Virus record (IMG/VR): IMGVR_UViG_3300032173_000007
Coordinates: 1-54,891 of that record
DNA: 54,891 nt
Source of the DNA: a virus
Taxonomy: Duplodnaviria; Caudoviricetes
Reading direction: 5' to 3' (one strand)
Below the pieces are notes generated by a model. The model saw nothing but the letters and a program-made list of their open reading frames with translations, was not told where the DNA came from and did not search any database. How positions within the stretch are numbered: the first letter of the stretch is position 1; every line of letters begins with the position of its first letter. The position numbers and the translations under genes are program-made. Of this stretch, positions 29,785 to 39,566 are shown piece by piece.

Positions 29785-30984
29785 TTAGCCAATCAGTCTT
29801 ACAGCCAACTCGGGATACAGGGTCTTAACTCCATAGAGGATATCTAATCTGATGATTTCCTCATCCGCCTCGATATCGTATTGCTTCACGACTCGCATAC
29901 TCAACCCGGCATCAGGATCAGTTTCCCGAGCCCCCCAGACGCCCGAAGGCATTTCCAACGGGACAGTTACTAAGGCAAAGGCGTTGGGATGAAACACAAG
30001 GTTTTGAGGATAAAGGGTATCCTGAGTCCCAACGAAGGTTAAGGCTGCCGTAGTAAGTGGAAGGGCATCCACGTTGCTGTAAGGATCGGTAGCACCGTAA
30101 ACACAGGTTGGTGCAATGGGGATAGTCATATCCGCACCTGAATCGGCAGTATCTGTCCTTACCACCCATCTTTTCAATTCGCCACGGCTTACACCGGACA
30201 TAGGATTAACGGCGTTGGTGGCTGCTACGGTGAAAATATCACCGGCTTTCACGGTATTGCTACCAGACCAACCGTTGGTAACAAAGGAAGTCGCCCCGCT
30301 AGCCGTCGCTCCATTCATCACAGGAGTAGCGCCGGTGGTAAAATGACCGCAAGTATGCCGGGCAACGTTCTGGTCCATATAGATATGAAGGTTGGCAATG
30401 CTTCCCAGATAACCCTTAGTGATAATATCTTCAGCTACATGCTGGGCAAAAGTGCCTTTCAGTCCATCGGCCAGAGCCCAGTTGGCGGCTGGGTTTACAA
30501 TTGCCACCCTCGTATCTGTGGGGGCAGCTTCGTCATCAAGAACCCTCTGCGCCGCTCCAAGGGCGGAATAAGTTGCAGGAGTCGTTCCTGGGGTTCCGGC
30601 ATAATTGAAGACATCGACATATAGAGAGCAAAGATCGGCATCGATCTGGTTCGCAAGAGCTTCGGCCGCTGGCGAGATATATCTGTTGCTATAATCCTCG
30701 ATGGTAGTAGTTAGTTCAGCACTATTGAAAGCCCATGATACATGCGCCTGAGCGGATATCGTAATGGATGTGCTCGGCTCACTGATGTTTGTATTAGAGC
30801 GGGTTGCCGATTTGGTCGCCCGGAATTTATTAGGCTTTCTAATGGTGATTGTAGAACCTACTTTTACAAACTCATTCTTATACGCAGTATGGACATGCTT
30901 TGACATGGCCCTACTGTTGACTAACTGCATCAACGCTTCCTTGGCGATGATAGTTGGGGTTAAAAGCACATTAGTTGAAGCCAT
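29785..30984 (-). CDS. Major capsid protein, P22 coat family
   Basis: 'LTPTIIAKEAL.QL.N...KVGSTITIRKP...LANQID...RLDILYG...PELAVR'; 399 aa. Confidence 0.92.
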   Translation of the reverse strand: MASTNVLLTPTIIAKEALMQLVNSRAMSKHVHTAYKNEFVKVGSTITIRKPNKFRATKSATRSNTNISEPSTSITISAQAHVSWAFNSAELTTTIEDYSNRYISPAAEALANQIDADLCSLYVDVFNYAGTPGTTPATYSALGAAQRVLDDEAAPTDTRVAIVNPAANWALADGLKGTFAQHVAEDIITKGYLGSIANLHIYMDQNVARHTCGHFTTGATPVMNGATASGATSFVTNGWSGSNTVKAGDIFTVAATNAVNPMSGVSRGELKRWVVRTDTADSGADMTIPIAPTCVYGATDPYSNVDALPLTTAALTFVGTQDTLYPQNLVFHPNAFALVTVPLEMPSGVWGARETDPDAGLSMRVVKQYDIEADEEIIRLDILYGVKTLYPELAVRLIG

Positions 30985-30990
30985 TTTTGT

Positions 30991-31902
30991 TTACCTCTTT
31001 CTTCTTTCTCTCCATTCCCTATATTCTCTCGGTGTCATCATTTCTGGATTTCTTTCAGTAACTCCAGTAGTTTTCACCGGAGTTATAGGTTCTGGCGCAT
31101 TGGTTGTTTTTTTTCTGGGAGGAGGTGCATTTAGCCTCTCCTCGATCTTACCTAACTCATAAGCAATCCTTACATTGGACTCTAACTCTGCAATATCAGC
31201 AGATTCGTCCGGGTGTCCGCCGAGATAATAGAGGACATCTTCCGCACAATCGCTCAAAAGAATTGCTTCAAGCATGGGCTCAGAAATCTTGAGGTCTTCA
31301 TCAAGAACCAATTCATCAAAATCCTCATATTTCTTGCGCCCTTTATCCATTTTTTTGTCAAGCTCCTGATAAACTTGCTCAATGGTTGTTTTCTCTTCTT
31401 CTGATGCGTTTTCCCGCAAGAATTTTTCTCTTTCTTCCTGAAGCTTACGCTCTACTTTCCATTCAGCGAGAGCTTCTAAATAATCAGCTTCAGTTTCAAA
31501 ATCCTCTATCTTCGGCTTATTTGCTGGAGGAACAGCTTGCTTGGCCTTCCTTAACTCTTCTTCAAGTTCAGCGATCTTTGTATCCTTAAAAGCGCTCTCA
31601 CGTTCAGCGGCTCTAAACTTCGCCGTGATTGCATCAATTCTGCGCTGAACTGAATCTTTAAGTTTCGGTTCAAGCTTTTTTTCGGGCAGAGTTTTTTCGG
31701 AAGTTTTTTCTTCCTTTTCCTCTGATTCGGAAGGGACCGGGGCTTCCGTTTTTTCCTCTTCGGTCTCAGGCAGTTCATCTACCTTTTCTGGCAGCGGTGC
31801 TACTGAGGTCACCGACAGGGCAGAAGCATCATCCGCCTGGTTAAGAACTGTTGGGATAATGTTTACGCCCTTGACTTCTTTTACTTCATTTTCTTTTGCC
31901 AT
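30991..31902 (-). CDS. Scaffolding protein
   Basis: Acidic coiled coil directly upstream of coat; 'VQRRI','DFE...Y..AL..W'; basic C-terminal tail. Confidence 0.8.
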   Translation of the reverse strand: MAKENEVKEVKGVNIIPTVLNQADDASALSVTSVAPLPEKVDELPETEEEKTEAPVPSESEEKEEKTSEKTLPEKKLEPKLKDSVQRRIDAITAKFRAAERESAFKDTKIAELEEELRKAKQAVPPANKPKIEDFETEADYLEALAEWKVERKLQEEREKFLRENASEEEKTTIEQVYQELDKKMDKGRKKYEDFDELVLDEDLKISEPMLEAILLSDCAEDVLYYLGGHPDESADIAELESNVRIAYELGKIEERLNAPPPRKKTTNAPEPITPVKTTGVTERNPEMMTPREYREWRERRKR

Positions 31903-31959
31903 GATTCGCAGGCCTCCTCAGCCTGGGCCCGGGTTTCTACCCGGTAAAGTTAAGATAAA

Positions 31960-32000
31960 TAAAAAAGGGCAACTATCCGATCTCTCGAACAATTGCCCTC
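31960..32000 (-). terminator. Rho-independent terminator-like hairpin upstream of scaffold
   Basis: Minus strand AGGGCAA...TTGCCCT followed by a T-run. Confidence 0.55.
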
Positions 32001-32553
32001 GTTTTGGGATAAGGCTGCTTATTTAGTTTTTAGAAAGAACGGGAACGATACTCGGTAGCGCTACCTCCGAAAGTGCGTTTTCCGTTCCGCCATGTTACCC
32101 CTCCTTTTTCGCCACATTATCGGTGTTTAATCGCAAATTGCCGCATATCGTGTTGGATTCCAACCCATATTTATTCTTATTTCATGGCGAATCCAATTTA
32201 TCGATATTCTGAGACACAATATATGCCAACCTTTTCTTATTTCATCATAAGATATATCGTATCTTTTGAAATACCATATCCACACCGGAAGGGCGATTGA
32301 TTTTTGGTCTGGCTTTTTTATCTTATGGTTTAGACATGAAAAACCATCTTCTGCTAACCAACGGCACGTATTCATTATTTACCCTCCTTTTAAGATAAGG
32401 CAACATCTTCCACCTTGTTTACTTCTACCTTTCTGGGTATCCCATGTGCAAAATGAATAACTACCTTGCCGTGAAATAGTTTATCTATTTCCTTGATAAT
32501 GATAATAGTTTTTCCGTTTTCATTTTGCAATATAATTTTATTCATTTGCCTTA

Positions 32554-32898
32554 TTATTTCTTTTTCATTCGGAATTCTCTATATTCATGGGAGGTCATTT
32601 CTTCTGGCTTTTTCTTTTCTGTCGGTTCAATAGCAATCTTCTCAATCTGAATTTCGACCGTATGATAATCTTCCTTGCCCTTTCTCTCAGACATACTCAT
32701 GGAAGTAATAGAGCCTTCAGCTTGAACAGAGACTCTATCTCCCATTTTCATGTCAGCCACGATGGGTATCTTATCGATCTGTTCCTTCTCAAGACAAAGG
32801 CGAAGGCCATAGGGCCATTCTTCTTGCGGTGGTTCCATGAATTCTTTGAGTTCTTTTTTACTCTTGGGGGGAAGTTTCATATCAATTAAATCTGGCAT
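32554..32898 (-). CDS. Capsid staple-like head protein with scaffold-like C-terminus
   Basis: 'LIDMKL...WPYGLRLCLEKEQIDK...VEIQIEKI'; ends PEEMTSHEYREFRMKKK. Confidence 0.6.
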   Translation of the reverse strand: MPDLIDMKLPPKSKKELKEFMEPPQEEWPYGLRLCLEKEQIDKIPIVADMKMGDRVSVQAEGSITSMSMSERKGKEDYHTVEIQIEKIAIEPTEKKKPEEMTSHEYREFRMKKK

Positions 32899-32899
32899 C

Positions 32900-33148
32900 C
32901 TATGCCTCCTTTCTTCTTTTTCTTGAACGAGCGACACGGGCAACGGCTCTCGATGAACCCGTAACAGCATTTCTTAAGGCATTACCGGATCGAGCGGGGG
33001 CTCCTGTTGGACGCCACCCATGTTCAACCGCCCGCATCAATCTGACCTGAGCTTCTGCTTTGGCCCTTGTAGTTCCTTTAGCATGAACCCCAGAAGGCCC
33101 GCTTACTGAATATTTCCCACCTTTTACCTTCCGAATAGTGTATGGCAT
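32900..33148 (-). CDS. Small basic protein
   Basis: MPYTIRKV...HAKGTTRAKAEAQVRLM; Arg/Lys-rich; AGGAGG SD. Confidence 0.7.
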   Translation of the reverse strand: MPYTIRKVKGGKYSVSGPSGVHAKGTTRAKAEAQVRLMRAVEHGWRPTGAPARSGNALRNAVTGSSRAVARVARSRKRRKEA

Positions 33149-33160
33149 ATCAGCCCTCCT

Positions 33161-34420
33161 CTAAAATTCAATCCCCATTGAATTAAGTTTCGCAATTTCT
33201 TCTTCTGCTTGATCTAAGGTTTCAGGAAAAATATCAATAAAGTATCCCTCGATTTGTCTGGCATAATCTTTGACTTTCTCGACTGCCTCTTCACGGCTAT
33301 CGCCTACCGCCACCACTGCGCCGATTTCAGGCAAACCTACACTCTGCGGCACTACATAATACTTTCCATCAATAACCGTCAAATTTCGCAATTTGATATT
33401 ATCCCGAATTTCTTCAGGAAAGCTTATCGCCTGCCAATTTTTATCAGCCCATGCGGAATGAATAAGAAGCTCTGCCGCATGTTTTCCCGCCGGAATCGGC
33501 TCAATACATGTTCCCTCTGCTCCATACCAAAAAATATCCGGTAAATTGGTAAACATAACTTGCTGAACTTCATTGGGGGGACTGCCAGCCCGACAGCATG
33601 GATCTATGACATAACCAATCTCTTCTCTGGTAATTCGCATCTCCGGGCTTATAAAATTCTTGTATCCGTAGGCTTGTAAAGTGGGAGCCAATTTCTCATT
33701 TACGCTGCTGATTTCCTTGAGCAATTCGTTTTTTTCTTCAATGACTCCAAGGTAGCCCTTGTCTTTAATCTCCAATCCCACCATAGCAAGATCGGGGAAT
33801 ACTCCATCTACACAATAACCATCATAAGAAATCTCTACCGCATCATCTATGCTATCTTCTACAATGAATTCCATGATTTTGCTTTTGGCGCCGAGGACAT
33901 GCTCCAGCTCATCCAGTTTGGGTTCAACCAGATCATAGGAAGGGGAATGGAAAGACTCCATATCTCCTCTGGTGCAACTGATTTTAACCCATTGATTACC
34001 ATGATTTCTGAGATAAGCCCGGAGAGCCGGAAGTCCGACTACAACTTTGTAATTACCAATGGGGATTCCCAATCTTTTCATATATTCTTTGGATTCTCGG
34101 CGGCATAGCTCCAATTCCTCTCCTTTTCTGCTTCCCCAGACTCTTTTCCCCATTGCTTCCAACTGAAGTTGGAGTCCCCCGAAATAGACATCGGGGAAGC
34201 AAAAAAGGTCCACTTCCTCAATAATGCTGGAAAAATCATCTACTCTGGTAATGCCTTCAACTCCCTTTCCTATCAAATTCTGGTTTGATCGTGGAAATTG
34301 CGACTCCCACGGGGAGTAATAATAGGTTTTCCCAAAATATTTTGATAATGTTACAGCTATTTCCACGAATAAACCATTATCGTGAACTGCACAGCACTTA
34401 TTTGAATAATCTTGAACCAT
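33161..34420 (-). CDS. ATP-grasp ligase, PurD-like
   Basis: 'VWGS...ELE..R...KEYMKRLGIP...WVK...FIVED.I...EISYDG...YVIDPCCRAGSP' follows the GARS/ATP-grasp layout. Confidence 0.75.
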   Translation of the reverse strand: MVQDYSNKCCAVHDNGLFVEIAVTLSKYFGKTYYYSPWESQFPRSNQNLIGKGVEGITRVDDFSSIIEEVDLFCFPDVYFGGLQLQLEAMGKRVWGSRKGEELELCRRESKEYMKRLGIPIGNYKVVVGLPALRAYLRNHGNQWVKISCTRGDMESFHSPSYDLVEPKLDELEHVLGAKSKIMEFIVEDSIDDAVEISYDGYCVDGVFPDLAMVGLEIKDKGYLGVIEEKNELLKEISSVNEKLAPTLQAYGYKNFISPEMRITREEIGYVIDPCCRAGSPPNEVQQVMFTNLPDIFWYGAEGTCIEPIPAGKHAAELLIHSAWADKNWQAISFPEEIRDNIKLRNLTVIDGKYYVVPQSVGLPEIGAVVAVGDSREEAVEKVKDYARQIEGYFIDIFPETLDQAEEEIAKLNSMGIEF

Positions 34421-34812
34421 TAAAGCTCCATATCATCCAAACTCAGTCCTTCGCTCAATGTTTTAATAATTTTTAAGCCTGCGGACTTGAGTATTTTGGT
34501 TATTGATGCCACCCAGAACAATTTACAGGAACAAATGATTAAATATCCGCCTTCCATATCTTCCCATACATCCCAGGCGATAAAGGACTCAGTAATCGGT
34601 TGGATAAAGGTAAATCCCTTACCTCCTCTGCCTTTATAAGGGTATTCATAAGTTACTTGGCCGGGGACAAGATTTAATCCAATTTCGTCCACGATCTTTT
34701 TTACGATGCTTTCGCATAAATCATAAGAAATTTTCCCTTTAACCACAAAAGTCGCCAGCAATACTCTCGCCCCGAGCTTATCCATTTTCATACTCTCTCC
34801 AATCAATGCCAA
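34420..34812 (-). CDS. Pyruvoyl-dependent decarboxylase, AdoMetDC (SpeD/SpeH)-like
   Basis: 'GFTFIQPITESFIAWDVWED..GYLIICSCK' aligns with G.T....ESH...HTWPE....D.F(S/T)C; E-S cleavage site kept, following His replaced by Phe. Confidence 0.65.
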   Translation of the reverse strand: MALIGESMKMDKLGARVLLATFVVKGKISYDLCESIVKKIVDEIGLNLVPGQVTYEYPYKGRGGKGFTFIQPITESFIAWDVWEDMEGGYLIICSCKLFWVASITKILKSAGLKIIKTLSEGLSLDDMEL

Positions 34813-35122
34813 GATTAGCGCACAACAACATTTCTATCCCCTTAGCAATCAGGTGAGCCATTTTATAGGGAGAATCAGGATGTTCACCCGGTTCCCGACA
34901 ATCATTATGAGAAAGATCAAAAGCAGTAATCGCTTCAGAGGATATTCCTTTAGCCTCAGAAAGTATCTGTTCAACTAAAGCATGAACCAACATAATCCTG
35001 GTATATACATCGTTCTGAGAGCCGACAATGTCAAAGACAAGGGTATCATCTTTTATGTAGTAATCGTCATATGTATTATATGGCATTTCTTCTTTCTTCT
35101 TAATATTGACGGCAATTTTCAT
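34778..35122 (-). CDS. Zincin-like hypothetical protein
   Basis: 'HALVE...EPGEHPDSPY..AH..A..IE' clustered His/Glu residues. Confidence 0.5.
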   Translation of the reverse strand: MKIAVNIKKKEEMPYNTYDDYYIKDDTLVFDIVGSQNDVYTRIMLVHALVEQILSEAKGISSEAITAFDLSHNDCREPGEHPDSPYKMAHLIAKGIEMLLCANLGIDWREYENG

Positions 35123-35289
35123 GGAACTCTGGAATGTTTTGGTTTCCTATAGAAAATATTAGGTTCTGGTTCCTTTGAAACTTTTGGCTCTTCTATATTC
35201 GGAGTCGAAGGAATTCTTAGCTCTTCTGATTTTTTAAACTCAGGCCAGGGAGTAAATTCATCTGCATTTTCAGGAATATCAGTTTTCAT
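35119..35289 (-). CDS. 56-aa ORF coupling the portal gene to the enzyme cassette
   Basis: ATGA overlaps at both ends; MKTDIPENADEF...HSRVP. Confidence 0.5.
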   Translation of the reverse strand: MKTDIPENADEFTPWPEFKKSEELRIPSTPNIEEPKVSKEPEPNIFYRKPKHSRVP

Positions 35290-37652
35290 TTCAGGATAGT
35301 GAATCGATTATAAGGGTTAGTGATAATTACTTTCTTCTCTTCCGGCAAATTTAAAATTGCCTCTGGTTCATACTTATTGAAATAATCCCTTAATTCCCAA
35401 GGAGGATGCAGAGACAAAACAAAATCAGAAGGGGTATATACCCATTTACCCATTTCATTTCTTTCCCGGTGGCCTCCTGGCGTTTCTGGAGTCGAATAGA
35501 TGCTCTCATCGGAGAAGGTAATATGGTGCGGCAACTTGAATTCATCCGATAAATGCTCGCCTTTTGATTGATCGGGAAGATTACCATACTTAGCAATATA
35601 GCTTTCATAGTCATAATCGCCGGGAATGATGGTCCCGGTAGTCTGGGGCACCATTACCTCCGGCCCTTCTTCTCCCACCACATAAGGTTGGCCTTCCTGA
35701 ACCGGGCCACCCTCAGCCCTTGCTGGTATTTTTGTGGCAATTTGCTCTCCTTTGACAGCTTTTAATTGATTATCCAGCTGCAAACCTTCTAACCTGACCT
35801 TCTCTTGCTCAACCTGAATGCTTAATTCCTGCAATTTCAATTGCGCTTCCATAATTTTGGCTTCCAGCAAAGGGTCAGGAGGGGGAGCAGGGGCGGCAGG
35901 AGGGGGTGGAGGAGGTGTTCCCTTATTTTGGGCCCTTTCCGCTATTTTCTTTTCCCGTATCTCGGGTGGAAGCAAATATTCCAATCTTTCCGCCATTTCA
36001 TCGGCACCAGGCCAATCCATAGACTTAGCATACAAATCTCCGATTAAAGGTGCGGCCTGCGGATAGTATTGGATAAATTCACTCATAGATTGTCTTGCTT
36101 CGGTTCTCTGAGTGGTGAAGGAAGGTCCTACGGTAACCACCACATCATAGGTGCCCACAGATAGGTTGTGCAAAATCGGGCCGTCAGGGGTTGTTTCAAC
36201 ATTCACTGCTTCAAACTTTTGCAATCCACCTTCCAATCCCAACCGGATAATTCTTTCTGTGTCCAGAATTCCCGGCGCTACATCCACCAGAACCCGGCCC
36301 AGATGCTCTATGGAACGGGCAAGATTGTCAATAAAAGCAAAAGTCCCGACATCACCTTCCTGTTTCCGTTCCCGAATAGCAAGACCTGAGCGCTCATTGC
36401 TCGGCATACCGAGAGAGGCTCTGTGCAATCCTATGGTATCCCGGATTTCCTGGTCTGTTTCTCTCTTCATCTCTACCATAGCAGAAGAGACCTGGGGCGG
36501 TATCTCCCGTTTAGGGAATCCGGGAGCTTGTTCATCAGAATTGACCAACAAATAAGGAAAGTTCTTGCGGTGGGCTTCTTTCCATTGAGTTTCATGACCG
36601 GCTATTTGTTTCGGGGTGGCAAGATAGGGGGCTTTGGGAGCTAAGGCTACCATTTCAGTATCTGCCGATTGCCAGAAATTATACATTCGTTGGGGGTCTT
36701 TGGCGTTTCTAATCAATCCTCTTACTTTTCGTCTGCCGCCGATATTCAGTTCTTTCCCCCATACGGGGATGACCGGGATATATTTCTTCCCCACCCATTC
36801 TTTTTCATCCAGAATTTTGTTGCCGGACAATAGATACCACTTGATTTTGTAGCTTTTGACTTCGCGCTTCTTCGCTACAACCATCCACGGTTCCAATTTT
36901 TCTACGACAATGCCATCATCCAATTGATAGATGGTTTTAGTCGTCGGTTCCTTAACAAAATATTCAGCAACTCTGACTGTGTTGGCGCTGCACCAACCTT
37001 CTATATAGCGGCTATCGGCTTGGTTGAAGGGCATGGGTTCTTCACCATAGGTTTCCCTGAACTCATCTCTGTCCATGTCGGTAATGATGAAGCAATACTG
37101 GGCGTCGGAGCAATCATATTCAGAGTGCTTTCCCCAGAAGACGGCCAGGGCATTATCAATCTTCTGAATGCGGGCATCCTGTTCAAAAGAATCATCGCTT
37201 ACAAACTCTGTAACCACCCTCATAGCCCCATATCCGCAAGCTACGGCATGTTCAAAGGCATGATCTATGGCGGTATCAGCTTTTGATATTTGCTCAACAT
37301 GTTTAATCCAACCTCCCAGGATTTCAGCTATGGCAGGATCGGCTTTTGAATCTACCGGAATAACTTTGATTGAGGGGCGGTTCATGCGCTGATCACCAAC
37401 GACCTGATCAATGAAAATTGGCATCTTGTTAATACTGATGCAGGGCCTTCCATCCGCTTCTCGCTCCGCCCGGATGTTGGCCGGCCATTGAGCACCTTCA
37501 ATCCCGATAAATTCCAAATCCTCCAAGGCCAATCTGCGGTTTTCATAATCCTCATCCATTGCTTTTTTTAAGCGATCTCTGGCCTCCATGAGGATTTTTT
37601 CTTCATGGCTCAATCCGGCATCTATAGTTTTTATTTTTTTTGCCATCTCCAA
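35286..37652 (-). CDS. Portal protein, P22-like, with C-terminal extension
   Basis: 'QWP...R...RPCISINK...VVG.QR.NRP','KYIPVIPVWG','KDPQRMYN','YDVVVTVGPSFTTQR.E'. Confidence 0.92.
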   Translation of the reverse strand: MEMAKKIKTIDAGLSHEEKILMEARDRLKKAMDEDYENRRLALEDLEFIGIEGAQWPANIRAEREADGRPCISINKMPIFIDQVVGDQRMNRPSIKVIPVDSKADPAIAEILGGWIKHVEQISKADTAIDHAFEHAVACGYGAMRVVTEFVSDDSFEQDARIQKIDNALAVFWGKHSEYDCSDAQYCFIITDMDRDEFRETYGEEPMPFNQADSRYIEGWCSANTVRVAEYFVKEPTTKTIYQLDDGIVVEKLEPWMVVAKKREVKSYKIKWYLLSGNKILDEKEWVGKKYIPVIPVWGKELNIGGRRKVRGLIRNAKDPQRMYNFWQSADTEMVALAPKAPYLATPKQIAGHETQWKEAHRKNFPYLLVNSDEQAPGFPKREIPPQVSSAMVEMKRETDQEIRDTIGLHRASLGMPSNERSGLAIRERKQEGDVGTFAFIDNLARSIEHLGRVLVDVAPGILDTERIIRLGLEGGLQKFEAVNVETTPDGPILHNLSVGTYDVVVTVGPSFTTQRTEARQSMSEFIQYYPQAAPLIGDLYAKSMDWPGADEMAERLEYLLPPEIREKKIAERAQNKGTPPPPPPAAPAPPPDPLLEAKIMEAQLKLQELSIQVEQEKVRLEGLQLDNQLKAVKGEQIATKIPARAEGGPVQEGQPYVVGEEGPEVMVPQTTGTIIPGDYDYESYIAKYGNLPDQSKGEHLSDEFKLPHHITFSDESIYSTPETPGGHRERNEMGKWVYTPSDFVLSLHPPWELRDYFNKYEPEAILNLPEEKKVIITNPYNRFTILK

Positions 37653-37658
37653 TCCCCA

Positions 37659-37700
37659 AAAAGAAAAGGCCGACCTTAAGATGATAAGATCGGCCTTTGT
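37659..37700 (-). terminator. Terminator-like hairpin just upstream of portal
   Basis: Minus strand AAAGGCCGA...TCGGCCTTT followed by TCTTTTT. Confidence 0.5.
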
Positions 37701-37888
37701 CCTCGTAAAGACTCCCTTGCGGGGTTGTCTTTTTAATCTGTCTTGAGGTTTAGGCGTTAATCTACTTCAACTTTTTTTGTAATTTCCTTTGAATCCCTTT
37801 TAATGCTTTTAATAAATCAATAATAACTTTTTCGGGAACTTCAACAGTCTTTATATCCTTTTTTTCGATTTTGTCAAGAGTTTTTTTA

Positions 37889-39385
37889 TTACATTCCGAG
37901 ATAGGCGAGACCATCGGAAACATTATAATCTCTCCGAATTTTTTCAAAGGGCATGGTTTGGATTTTCGCTTGATAGCCAACGGCAAAACATCTCATCATA
38001 TCTGCCCCATGCACGGCAAAGTTTTGCAATGGTTTATTGTCCAGCTTCTGGTTTTCCTCATCCCATTCCGAGCGATAAGATTCCAGAGCCAGAATTAGCT
38101 TTGCACACTTTCGTTCGTCGAACACACATTGCCCGAGAATATTTCTAACTGCCTCAATACCGTTTAGGACTGCCTGAGTATCCCTTGCTCTTTTTACAAT
38201 TATGATAGGAGCAATACCAAGATTTTCCGCTGTTTCCTTACGAGAGAGAGCAACATCCGTATCTCCACCCAACTCTCTTTTCGCTGCATCATGGGGCATA
38301 TAATGGTCGCCGTATATATAGCCTTTTTCTTTCAAAACTTTTGCATAATGAGAAAGCCCCATGCCATAATTTTCATAATAGTCGATAAATCGGTATTCCC
38401 GGCCTATTTGCTGCATAAAGCCTATGGAGGTGGAGTCGTCAACCCCCAGATCCCAGAAGGTATAAACTTCATGGCCCTGAGAATAGGGAACCGAGCATAT
38501 GCGGCCTGCTTTCCTTGCCTCCGTCATCTGTCTGGCATAATAAACCCCCTTAATGTTGCGGTCGGTAATGGCTTCTTCCTCAGACGCCGGATAATTCTCA
38601 TTGATGTCCTGTTCGGTCATACCGGCCGCCACCATTTGCTCTCTGAAATCCTTGGGCCGGTAAGGATGGGCGGAATAAGGAAGAAAAATTCGCTTAAAAT
38701 TATTCAAACCCCTCATGGTTGCAATGTAAAGGTCCCGGGTCCAATACCATCCAGCCCCCTCCTTAATGGCATTGCTGATGACGATGACCTGACCTTTAGC
38801 CTGCTCGATGCCCGGATAAGAGGCATTGAAAATCGCTTTGGCTAAACGGTTTTTGCAAGTTTCATCCATGATGAGCAAATTGGGGGTTTTGGACTGCGCT
38901 CCCATTTCGGTGGTGGGAAGGCTTTTGATGGTAGAAGTGAGACCATTCTGGTGTTGGAACTCTAAAACTTGTTTGGTGCGGGTTTTGATGGGAGGTAGTA
39001 ACCAAGCAGGGAGGCGATCCATGATGAAATAAACTCGCTCTAAGAACTCAATACTTAACTCTTCGGTTACGGAAATGACAACCGCAAGATAGAGCGGATT
39101 TGTCATAATTTGCCATAGCACATATATGGCGACTATCCAGGTCAAGCCAAGTTGGCGGGCCTTCAAGATGATAAGCAGATTTGATTCGACCAGGGTAGGA
39201 ATGATTTTTCTCTGCTCAGGCCAGAGGCTCATTTTGATTGCCGTCTTGGTCTCTTTGTCCTCGATAAAAACATATTTATCGATAAAATATCGGAGGGATT
39301 TGATAACCTTTTTGCATTCACGAACCTTTTGTTCAAGGCTCAAATTATTCTTCTGTAGCATCAATCCGCTCCGCCTCAAATCCAC
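37889..39385 (-). CDS. terL: Terminase large subunit
   Basis: Walker A 'LKARQLGLTW', Walker B 'LIMDE', nuclease 'WDLGVDDST', 'MPHD', 'HGADMMR'. Confidence 0.92.
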   Translation of the reverse strand: MDLRRSGLMLQKNNLSLEQKVRECKKVIKSLRYFIDKYVFIEDKETKTAIKMSLWPEQRKIIPTLVESNLLIILKARQLGLTWIVAIYVLWQIMTNPLYLAVVISVTEELSIEFLERVYFIMDRLPAWLLPPIKTRTKQVLEFQHQNGLTSTIKSLPTTEMGAQSKTPNLLIMDETCKNRLAKAIFNASYPGIEQAKGQVIVISNAIKEGAGWYWTRDLYIATMRGLNNFKRIFLPYSAHPYRPKDFREQMVAAGMTEQDINENYPASEEEAITDRNIKGVYYARQMTEARKAGRICSVPYSQGHEVYTFWDLGVDDSTSIGFMQQIGREYRFIDYYENYGMGLSHYAKVLKEKGYIYGDHYMPHDAAKRELGGDTDVALSRKETAENLGIAPIIIVKRARDTQAVLNGIEAVRNILGQCVFDERKCAKLILALESYRSEWDEENQKLDNKPLQNFAVHGADMMRCFAVGYQAKIQTMPFEKIRRDYNVSDGLAYLGM

Positions 39386-39566
39386 CGTTGACGATTTCGT
39401 TTTTCACCGCCCTTCCTTTTGAATCGGCAGCCATAATAGACTCATAAAGGTCGGGTGGAACGCCATTATAGCGATAAACTTTACCGCTCATAAAGGTTAC
39501 TTCAAGAACTTCATTTTCATAGCCGATAGACTCAACATAGCTGGACTTAACGGGAATTCTTTCCAT
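39345..39566 (-). CDS. KTSC-domain protein
   Basis: 'VKSSYVESIGYE..VLEVTF.SG.VYRY.GVP...Y..IM.A.SKG'. Confidence 0.85.
   Translation of the reverse strand: MERIPVKSSYVESIGYENEVLEVTFMSGKVYRYNGVPPDLYESIMAADSKGRAVKNEIVNGGFEAERIDATEE

Noticed and set aside
33161-34420. Calling the ATP-grasp gene purD, an auxiliary metabolic gene
   Set aside because: It lacks the N-terminal GxGGRE motif of true PurD and has no purine-pathway context
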